A stretch of 34,029 nucleotides of DNA from NCBI GenBank assembly GCA_040007575.1, contig JBDTUV010000001.1, positions 1 to 34,029 on the forward strand, in the 5' to 3' direction. Below the pieces are notes generated by a model. That model was not told the DNA's origin and made no database searches. It was given only the letters and a program-made list of their open reading frames with translations. Shown in pieces: positions 9,270 to 16,617 of this stretch (positions are counted from its first letter, which is position 1; every line of letters starts with the position of its first letter). This DNA is from Gemmatimonadales bacterium. Lineage in GTDB: Bacteria > Gemmatimonadota > Gemmatimonadetes > Gemmatimonadales > GWC2-71-9. The translations under genes were made by a program, and so were the position numbers.

Positions 9270-10321
9270 CCCCCCTTTCCGGGGGCCTGGACCTTGGGCG
9301 GCTGACGATCCCGGCGGATGCCACAGTTCTCGAAGCGTTGAAGGCTATCGAGCGCGGCGCCGAGGCCATCACGTTCGTGGTAGACGCCGAGCGTCGAGTG
9401 ATCGGCTGCCTTACGGATGGTGACATTCGTCGCGCAATCCTGCGCGGTGCTCCGCTCGACGGCCGCGTGCTGGCTGACGCGATGCGGCGCGACTATGCCT
9501 TCGCCACACCAGGGCAGGGCCGTGCCGAGGTACTCGACATCATGCGCGCCCGACAGATCGAGCAGCTTCCCGTGCTCGATGCGGACCGGCGGCTCTGCGG
9601 GCTGCACACTCTCCGACAGCTGGTATCGGCCGCTGAACGGCCCAACCGGGTACTCATTCTCGCCGGTGGGCGGGGAACTCGGCTCCAGCCGATCACGGCG
9701 ACGGTTCCCAAGCCCATGATCACCGTGGCCGGACGGCCGATTCTCGAACGACTGATCCTGCACTTGATGAGCTGTGGATTCAGACGCTTCACGCTGTCAG
9801 TGAGCTACCTGGCGCACGTCATCGAGGAGCACTTTGCTGATGGCTCTCTCTTTGGATGTGAGATCGACTACGTCCGCGAGCGGGAGCCACTCGGCACTGG
9901 AGGCCCTCTCGCGCTCCTGCAACCCCTACCCGAGCTGCCCCTGGTCGTCGTGAATGGTGATCTGGTGACTCAATGCGATGTTGGAAGCCTGGTGGACTTC
10001 CACTCGGCTGGCGAATTTGTCGCCTCGATCGGCCTGCGGCCGCACGGGATCGAGATACCGTTCGGCGTCGCCGATGTCGAGGGGGATCGGCTGGTCGGCC
10101 TGCGGGAGAAGCCAACGCAGCGCCTGCTGGTGAGCGCTGGCATTTATGTGCTCTCTCCAGAAGCATTGACCTACGTCCCCGCCGGTGAGGAGTATCCGAT
10201 TACGGCGCTGCTCGAGACCCTGCTACAACGCTGCCGGCCCGTAGGCGCCCAAGTGCTCGAGGATGAATGGCTCGACGTGGGCCGGCACGAGGAGCTGCGC
10301 CGGGCCCGCGAAGGGAGCTAG
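9266..10321 (+). CDS. CBS-domain-containing sugar-1-phosphate nucleotidyltransferase (PtmE-like)
   Basis: N-terminal CBS pair ('VIGCLTDGDIRRAIL', 'QLPVLDADRRLCGLHT') followed by NTP-transferase 'LILAGGRGTRLQPITATVPKPM' and 'EPLGTGG'. ATGA overlap with the upstream gene. Confidence 0.8.
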   Translation: MTPLSGGLDLGRLTIPADATVLEALKAIERGAEAITFVVDAERRVIGCLTDGDIRRAILRGAPLDGRVLADAMRRDYAFATPGQGRAEVLDIMRARQIEQLPVLDADRRLCGLHTLRQLVSAAERPNRVLILAGGRGTRLQPITATVPKPMITVAGRPILERLILHLMSCGFRRFTLSVSYLAHVIEEHFADGSLFGCEIDYVREREPLGTGGPLALLQPLPELPLVVVNGDLVTQCDVGSLVDFHSAGEFVASIGLRPHGIEIPFGVADVEGDRLVGLREKPTQRLLVSAGIYVLSPEALTYVPAGEEYPITALLETLLQRCRPVGAQVLEDEWLDVGRHEELRRAREGS

Positions 10322-10325
10322 CCCT

Positions 10326-11798
10326 GTGAGCCTGGGGGCGAGCCTGCGTAGCCTGCTCGGGAGCTCTTTGGTCTACGGAGCAGGAAGTGTTCTCCTCCGG
10401 GCCTTGGCCTTTCTTCTGCTGCCGCTGTACACCCGCCACCTTACGCCGGCGGACTACGGCCTTGTCGCGGTCACGCTGTCCATCATCTCGATTCTGTCCG
10501 TGATCTTCCCGCTGGGACTTCACAGCGCCATGACACGGATGTGGTTCGCCAGTCCGTCTGAGGCAGAGCGGCGGCGAACCACCGAAACCATCTGGCTGGC
10601 CATCATGATGTCTGCCCTGGCCCTGGCCTTGTTGCTGGATGTTTTCGGGAGCCACGTTGTGCCGATGGTCTTCCGTGGCGTCGCCTTTTCGCCCTACATA
10701 CGGTTTGCGATCTGGACTGCCTTTCTGGCGACATTCAGCCTGGTTCCGCTGAACCTCCTCCAGATTCGGGAACGGCCGGGTCCGTATGTGATCCTGACGG
10801 TCGCGGGGACACTCGTGACCACGACACTGGTGGTGGTGCTGGTTGTGATCCGAAACGAAGGAGCCTACGGATATCTGCTGGGCGGTCTCATCGGCGGCGC
10901 GGTGCTGGTTCCCGTCTATCTGGGCATCACGCTACGGAATATCAGGCTGGCACTGGAATGGGGTGTGCTGCATAAGGCGCTGCTCTACAGTTTGCCCTTG
11001 GTGCCCCATGCACTGGCCGGCTGGATGCTCGAGGTCTCAGATCGTGCGGTTCTCGCCCGCTGGGTCTCCCTAGGTGACCTCGGGATCTATTCCCTGGGCT
11101 ATCAGTTCGGGGCGGCGCTCGGTCTGGTGATAACCGCATTTACCGCCGCATGGGTGCCGTTCCTGTTTAGGACCCTGGCCGATCGTGGAGGGGAAGCCCA
11201 TCCGCTGGTTGCCCGCCTGGCCACTTACTACGCCGCCGTGCTGTGTTTTATTGGCCTGGGAATAGCCCTGTTGATCCGGCAGGTGCTGATCCTCCTGGTC
11301 GACCCAGCGTTCCACGGTGCGTATCGGATCACGCCTTGGGTCGTCGGCGGTTATCTGTTCAACGGGCTATACATAATCCCGGTAGGCTTTCTCTTCTGGA
11401 CGGAGCGGACCAAGGTGATTCCAGTTGTGACGCTGACGGCGGGCCTGCTCAATGTAGGACTGAATCTCTGGCTGGTGCCCATCTACGGAATCATGGGCGC
11501 AGCGTGGACTACGATGATCTCCTATGGGGTGATGGCCGTCCTGGTCTGGATCATTGCGCAACGGGTCTATCCTTTCCCCTATGAATGGACCCGGATGCTC
11601 CGTCTGGTAGGTGTTGCCTTGGCCTTGTTCGTCCTGGCGGAGGTCTGGCCTACCTCAACCCCGGGGGCGGACATGACGGCGAGGGTCGTCCTCTGGCTCG
11701 CCTACCCCCTTGTGCTCATCGCCGTCGGCTTCCTCGAACCAGGGGAGCGGGCGGCTGCTATGGCGTTTACTCGTCGGGCCGCGGCCCGGGTCGGTTGA
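10326..11798 (+). CDS. wzx: Wzx-type oligosaccharide/polysaccharide flippase (MOP/PST superfamily)
   Basis: About 490 aa and strongly hydrophobic with many predicted TM segments. The N-terminus 'LRSLLGSSLVYGAGSVLLRALAFLLLPLYTRHLTPADYG' is typical of PST flippases. GTG 10326 lies 4 nt after the upstream stop. Confidence 0.75.
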   Translation: MSLGASLRSLLGSSLVYGAGSVLLRALAFLLLPLYTRHLTPADYGLVAVTLSIISILSVIFPLGLHSAMTRMWFASPSEAERRRTTETIWLAIMMSALALALLLDVFGSHVVPMVFRGVAFSPYIRFAIWTAFLATFSLVPLNLLQIRERPGPYVILTVAGTLVTTTLVVVLVVIRNEGAYGYLLGGLIGGAVLVPVYLGITLRNIRLALEWGVLHKALLYSLPLVPHALAGWMLEVSDRAVLARWVSLGDLGIYSLGYQFGAALGLVITAFTAAWVPFLFRTLADRGGEAHPLVARLATYYAAVLCFIGLGIALLIRQVLILLVDPAFHGAYRITPWVVGGYLFNGLYIIPVGFLFWTERTKVIPVVTLTAGLLNVGLNLWLVPIYGIMGAAWTTMISYGVMAVLVWIIAQRVYPFPYEWTRMLRLVGVALALFVLAEVWPTSTPGADMTARVVLWLAYPLVLIAVGFLEPGERAAAMAFTRRAAARVG

Positions 11799-11843
11799 TT
11801 CGGTGTAGAACGTGGCGACTGATCAAGAGGGAAACTGCTGCCG

Positions 11844-12398
11844 ATGAGAGCGTTGGCGAAGAAGCTCCTCATGGAAAGGCACGTCCGAAAATTCTTCGGC
11901 GCCATCTTCACGTACCTGCGCCGATGTCAGCAATGGAGCTACGAGCAGTCGGTGCGAGCGCGCTATGCCATTGACCCGACCGTCCGGTGGGAAGAGGGGA
12001 CGCTACTCTTTGGCGAAGGGTCGATCACATTGGGAGAAGGCACCTATCTCGGTCATGACTGCCATGTTTCCAGCCACCCGGCGGCGGCGAAAATCGCAAT
12101 AGGAAAGTACTGCGCCATCGCGCACGGCATTCACATTCGGACCACCGACTACGCCAGGGTGCCTGAGTTCAAGGATGCGGTCGCCATGGAGCCGGAATGG
12201 GCGGACATTGTAATCGGTGACTACTGCTGGATCGGAAGCCACGTGTACATCTGCTCCGGGGTGACCATCGGAGACAATTGCATCATCGGTGCCAACAGCG
12301 TCGTTACCCACGACGTGGAGCCCAATACCGTCGTGGGGGGTGTCCCGGCGCGATTGATCCATCATAAGTCGGTCTACGCGAACCGCCCTTCGGATTGA
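11844..12398 (+). CDS. Hexapeptide-repeat (LbH) acetyltransferase, maltose/galactoside O-acetyltransferase-like
   Basis: 'IGDYCWIGSHVYICSGVTIGDNCIIGANSVVTHDVEPNTVVGGVPARLI' is a typical LbH C-terminal signature. Confidence 0.75.
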   Translation: MRALAKKLLMERHVRKFFGAIFTYLRRCQQWSYEQSVRARYAIDPTVRWEEGTLLFGEGSITLGEGTYLGHDCHVSSHPAAAKIAIGKYCAIAHGIHIRTTDYARVPEFKDAVAMEPEWADIVIGDYCWIGSHVYICSGVTIGDNCIIGANSVVTHDVEPNTVVGGVPARLIHHKSVYANRPSD

Positions 12399-13918
12399 TG
12401 GTTCCACGAGATCCGAACCCGACTGTCCCCGGCCCGGCGGCAGCGGTCTTGGATACCGGCCCCTTGCCGATGCAGGGGTCATCCCCCATCGATATCGATC
12501 TGCGTCTCCGGGCCATCGAAAGTCGGGAGGACCTGCTCCGTCATCGGGTCGATGGCTGGTGCGCCTGGGCAGTCCTCCGGTTCCGGGTCCAGTCCAAGCT
12601 CGTCCTCGGCGAGACGGTTGGCGCAGGCAGCCGCTGGAGCCCATGGCGCTTTACCCTGGCTGCCAAAGATCTGCCCCGGCTGCTGAGCCCTGGCCGGGCC
12701 CGCTATCTGGCCAAGACCTACACCTCGGGCCTGGCGGAGCGACGGGGCCAAGGGTATACCGATATCTGGTTCGATGACCTCTTCGGCGCTCTCAGCTCAG
12801 GCTTCAAGCTCGAGGGAGTCAACAATCCCGCGTTTCTCCCGCGCCGCCGCCAGGCGCTGGTCAAGGCCGCCCTCACGTCAACGGCGCTCGATCTGGGCGC
12901 GGCAGTACTTGCCAGGATGGGAGAAAGCCCCGAGATCAGGCCGGCGGCTGACCTCATCACCAAGGCGCTGGAGGCCGAGTTCGGGTCGGGCGTGTTGCCG
13001 CCTCACTGGGCCTTCCGTCACCTGCGTGCCTTCCACCATGCCAAGCGGGTGTACCGGTGGCTCCTGGGACGGGTGGACCCGGAGATCGTGCTGGTCGCCG
13101 ATCCCGGCGAGCATTCGCTGGTGGCCGCCGCGAAGGAGCGCCGGCTCCCCGTTGCCGAGATCCAGCACGGCCTCATAGATACCAATCACAGCGGATATTC
13201 CTGGACCTCCTACGCTGAGCCGTACCGGACCCACATGCCGATTCCCGACGCCCTGTTCCTCTATGGCGAGCAGGCTTGTCGTGATCTCGAGGTCAACGGC
13301 TTTTGGGGCTCGGCTCTCCGGAGCGTGGGAAGCCCGCGCATGGATAGGTATCGGTCCCTACGGTGGCCGAACCGGCTCGACCTGCGCTGTACACTATTGG
13401 TCACGACGCAGGGCATCGAGACGACCGGGGTCATTATCTTCCTGCAACGGTGCATCCAGCTCCTTCGGGGAAGCCTCCCGTTCCGCCTGATCGTTAAGCT
13501 GCACCCGGTCTACGATGTTGATACGCTGGAACGATATCGCTGCGCTTTCGCGGACGACTCGGAAGTAGAAGTGTTATCCGGCGCTGCCGACGTTTCGACT
13601 CTGGAGTTATTGACCCAAGCGCACCTCCACGCCAGCGTATCCTCGACCTGCCACTTCGATGCCCTGGCTCTGGGGGTCCCCACCGTCGTGCTCCCCTTTC
13701 GGACTCACGAGGTCGTGCTGCCGCTGGTGGCGAGGGGGCACGCGAGACTGGTACGTGATGCCGACGAGCTGGCTGTTCTAATCCGCAGCGGGCGCGCGCT
13801 CAGTCTTCCCGACGACGTTGGGAACAGCTATTTCCGGCCCGGCGCCCTTGCCAACATGAAGCGGGAGATCGCGGAGTTGATCTCGATATCTGCAGCTGCT
13901 CGCCCCAGCGGCAAATGA
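12398..13918 (+). CDS. Hypothetical ~506-aa protein, possible GT-B-like transferase of unassigned family
   Basis: Long ORF with coding-like composition, embedded in the operon by overlaps at both ends (TGATG upstream, ATGA downstream). I recognised no family. The motifs 'IVKLHPVYD' and 'HASVSSTCHFDALALGVPTVVL' recall HP/S-S motifs of GT-B sialyl-, capsule- and TagF-type transferases. The start is uncertain (TTG 12395, ATG 12398 or ATG 12470). Confidence 0.6.
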   Translation: MVPRDPNPTVPGPAAAVLDTGPLPMQGSSPIDIDLRLRAIESREDLLRHRVDGWCAWAVLRFRVQSKLVLGETVGAGSRWSPWRFTLAAKDLPRLLSPGRARYLAKTYTSGLAERRGQGYTDIWFDDLFGALSSGFKLEGVNNPAFLPRRRQALVKAALTSTALDLGAAVLARMGESPEIRPAADLITKALEAEFGSGVLPPHWAFRHLRAFHHAKRVYRWLLGRVDPEIVLVADPGEHSLVAAAKERRLPVAEIQHGLIDTNHSGYSWTSYAEPYRTHMPIPDALFLYGEQACRDLEVNGFWGSALRSVGSPRMDRYRSLRWPNRLDLRCTLLVTTQGIETTGVIIFLQRCIQLLRGSLPFRLIVKLHPVYDVDTLERYRCAFADDSEVEVLSGAADVSTLELLTQAHLHASVSSTCHFDALALGVPTVVLPFRTHEVVLPLVARGHARLVRDADELAVLIRSGRALSLPDDVGNSYFRPGALANMKREIAELISISAAARPSGK

Positions 13919-14535
13919 TCGTCATCGTGGATTACGGGATGGGGAATGTCGGCTCCATCGCCAACATGCTCCGGAAGGTGGGCTCCGAGGCGCAGATCTC
14001 GGCCGATCATGCAGTCATAGCCGCTGCGAGCAAGCTGATCCTGCCCGGCGTCGGCGCGTTCGACCAAGGCATGCACAACCTGGTCGAGCGCGGGCTGACC
14101 CCACTGCTCGGAAGGAAGGTTCTCGAGGAGAAAACCCCGATCCTCGGAGTCTGCCTCGGCATGCAGCTCTTTGCCAAGGCTAGTGAGGAGGGGCGGTGTC
14201 CCGGGCTCGGTTGGCTCGATGCCACCGCGGTCCGATTCCGTCCCGAGGCAAGCGAGGGGAAACTCAAGGTGCCCCACATGGGTTGGAACACCCTCGATCC
14301 CCAGCGTCCGCACCCGCTCCTGGAGGGCCTCGAGGCGCAGGCACGCTTCTATTTCGTACATTCCTTTCATCTGGTCTGTACCCATCCCAGTCTGGTGCTG
14401 ACCCGAACCTCCTACGGGCTACCCTTCGTGTCCTCCATAGCGCAGGACAACATTCTCGGGGTTCAATTTCACCCCGAGAAGAGTCACCGATTCGGGATGC
14501 AACTCTACCGCAACTTCGCCCACGCAGCTTCGTGA
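13915..14535 (+). CDS. HisH-like class-I glutamine amidotransferase subunit (triad 2; WbuY-type)
   Basis: 'MIVIVDYGMGNVGSIANML', nucleophile Cys in 'ILGVCLGMQLF', 'FVHSF' and 'VQFHPEKSH'. ATGA overlap with the upstream gene. Confidence 0.85.
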   Translation: MIVIVDYGMGNVGSIANMLRKVGSEAQISADHAVIAAASKLILPGVGAFDQGMHNLVERGLTPLLGRKVLEEKTPILGVCLGMQLFAKASEEGRCPGLGWLDATAVRFRPEASEGKLKVPHMGWNTLDPQRPHPLLEGLEAQARFYFVHSFHLVCTHPSLVLTRTSYGLPFVSSIAQDNILGVQFHPEKSHRFGMQLYRNFAHAAS

Positions 14536-15302
14536 TCGTCACCCGGGTCATTCCCTGTCTGCTGCTTCGCAATCAGGGGCTGGTCAAGACGGTAAAGTTC
14601 CGCCAACCCAAATACCTCGGCGATCCGATCAATGTGGTGCGGATCTTCAATGACAAAGAGGTGGACGAGCTGGTTCTGCTGGACATCAGCGCCACTCCCG
14701 AGCGCCGAGGGCCACAGTTCGATTTCATTGCCGACCTCGCCAGCGAATGCTTCATGCCGCTGGCTTACGGGGGCGGCGTGCGGTCGGTCGACGACGTCAA
14801 GCGCTTGTGCAGCCTGGGGGTGGAGAAAGTCGCCGTCAACACCCACGCGGTCGAGCACCCCGAGTTTGTGACCGCCGCCGCCGGGGTGGTCGGAAGCTCG
14901 AGCGTCATTGTGTCGATCGATGTCAAGCGCGATTTCTGGGGACGATATCGTGTCTATACCAACGGTGGACGGGTTGCTACCGGCCTGGATCCGGTGGTGC
15001 ATGCGGTGGAGATGGAGCGCCGCGGGGCGGGGGAAATTTTGTTGAATTCGATCGATCGCGATGGTACTATGCAAGGCTACGATCTCGACTTGATCAGGCG
15101 CGTGACGCAGGCTGTCGGTGTGCCTGTCGTAGCGTGTGGAGGCGCCGGTCGGGTCGAGGATCTGGCCGCGGCGGTTCAGGAAGGTGGTGCTGCCGCAGCA
15201 GGAGCCGGGAGCATGTTCGTCTTTAAAGGACCTCACCGGGCGGTACTCATCAGCTACCCGCCGCCGGACGAATTGCGCGCGTTGCTAGGAGAATTGTCCT
15301 GA
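14532..15302 (+). CDS. HisF-like cyclase-subunit paralogue (triad 2; WbuZ-type)
   Basis: '[19 protein letters not shown]', '[11 protein letters not shown]', '[11 protein letters not shown]', '[16 protein letters not shown]' and 'VVACGGAG'. GTG 14532 forms a GTGA overlap. The track start at 14196 lies inside the hisH-like gene. Confidence 0.85.
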   Translation: MIVTRVIPCLLLRNQGLVKTVKFRQPKYLGDPINVVRIFNDKEVDELVLLDISATPERRGPQFDFIADLASECFMPLAYGGGVRSVDDVKRLCSLGVEKVAVNTHAVEHPEFVTAAAGVVGSSSVIVSIDVKRDFWGRYRVYTNGGRVATGLDPVVHAVEMERRGAGEILLNSIDRDGTMQGYDLDLIRRVTQAVGVPVVACGGAGRVEDLAAAVQEGGAAAAGAGSMFVFKGPHRAVLISYPPPDELRALLGELS

Positions 15303-15352
15303 AGCCGGTGCTGCTCCCGCAGCCCGGAAATACAGCTCCAGGGGGCGATCGG

Positions 15353-16540
15353 ATGGCAGATCCTGTTCTACAAGAGGCACCTGCTCCCGTTCGGGCGACA
15401 GTAGGCGATCGCGCATACCGGATCTGCTCCCACTGCATCATGGACACCAGCGATCCCGAGATCCGCTTCGATGAGCGCGGCGTCTGTGTTCACTGTCATA
15501 CCTACGAGCACCTGGCCGGGAAGCTGGTACGCACGGGCGAGGACGGCAGGCGGGCGCTGGCTCAAATGGTCGAGGAGATAAAGTCGAGCGGACAGGGCAA
15601 ACCTTACGACTGTGTTCTGGGCGTGAGCGGCGGAGTGGACAGCACCTATGTCGCCTACGTCGCCAAGGAGCTTGGGCTCCGGCCTCTGGCCGTGCACCTG
15701 GACAATGGCTGGGATTCCGAGCTGGCGGTCAGCAACATCGAGAAGGTCCTCCGAACGCTCGGCATCGATCTGTACACCGAGGTCCTCGACTGGGAGGGGT
15801 TCAGGGATCTCCAGCTCTCCTTCCTCAAGGCCTCGGTCACGGATGCCGAAATTCCGACCGATCACGCTATAGGCGCCACTGTGTATCGCGTGGCCGCGGA
15901 GCGGGGCATCGGCTTCATTATCAGCGGCGAAAACGTCGTCACGGAGGGGATTCTTCCGGGCAGCTGGACTTACGGCGTGTGGGACTGGAGGTACATCCGG
16001 GGCGTGCACCGCCGATTCGGCAGCAAGCGCCTCCAGACCTTTCCTCATTACAGCCTCGCCCGTCTCTTCTACTACAAGTCGGTCAGGAGGATGCGGACCA
16101 TCCGGCCCCTCGACTACCTCCCGTACGTCAAGGAAGACGTTATGCGGGTGCTGCAGGACCAACTGGGCTGGAAGTACTATGGCGGGAAGCATTACGAGTC
16201 CATCTACACCCGGTTCTTCCAGGGCTTTATCCTCCCCCGGAAGTTCGGCATCGACAAGCGGAGAGCGCACCTCTCGACCCTGATCTGCTCCGGACAGGTC
16301 ACCCGGGAGGCGGCCCTGGCCGAGATGATGTTCAATTCCTACAGCGACGAGCTGCAGCGGCATGACCGCGAGTACGTCATCAAGAAGCTGGCGGTGAGCG
16401 CGGAGGAGTTCGAGGCGATCATGGCCCGGCCCATTCGCACCCACCACGACTACCCCAATTCGTCGGCGGTGTTCCGCCGAGCCAAGGGTCTGGTGCGAGC
16501 CGCCAGACGTCTGCGGCTACTTCCGGCCGGGCCAATCTGA
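15353..16540 (+). CDS. N-acetyl sugar amidotransferase (PP-loop; WbpG/WbuX-type), ~395-aa form (triad 2)
   Basis: 'CSHCIMDTSDPEIRFDERGVCVHC' Cys cluster and PP-loop 'LGVSGGVDSTYVAY'. The start is ATG 15353 or GTG 15308. Confidence 0.8.
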   Translation: MADPVLQEAPAPVRATVGDRAYRICSHCIMDTSDPEIRFDERGVCVHCHTYEHLAGKLVRTGEDGRRALAQMVEEIKSSGQGKPYDCVLGVSGGVDSTYVAYVAKELGLRPLAVHLDNGWDSELAVSNIEKVLRTLGIDLYTEVLDWEGFRDLQLSFLKASVTDAEIPTDHAIGATVYRVAAERGIGFIISGENVVTEGILPGSWTYGVWDWRYIRGVHRRFGSKRLQTFPHYSLARLFYYKSVRRMRTIRPLDYLPYVKEDVMRVLQDQLGWKYYGGKHYESIYTRFFQGFILPRKFGIDKRRAHLSTLICSGQVTREAALAEMMFNSYSDELQRHDREYVIKKLAVSAEEFEAIMARPIRTHHDYPNSSAVFRRAKGLVRAARRLRLLPAGPI

Positions 16541-16617
16541 GTCTCCCGCCAAGGCACATCAGTCCTCTAAGGATCTGCGTTCTGGGCGTCCATTCCTTCG
16601 AGGGCAAAGGGCCCAAG

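Noticed and set aside
15368-16447. 359-aa minus-strand ORF antisense to amidotransferase 2, and the 350-aa ORF 28273-29325 antisense to a GT4
   Set aside because: Both are shadow ORFs of GC-rich coding DNA. No motifs are visible, and both sense frames are well supported.
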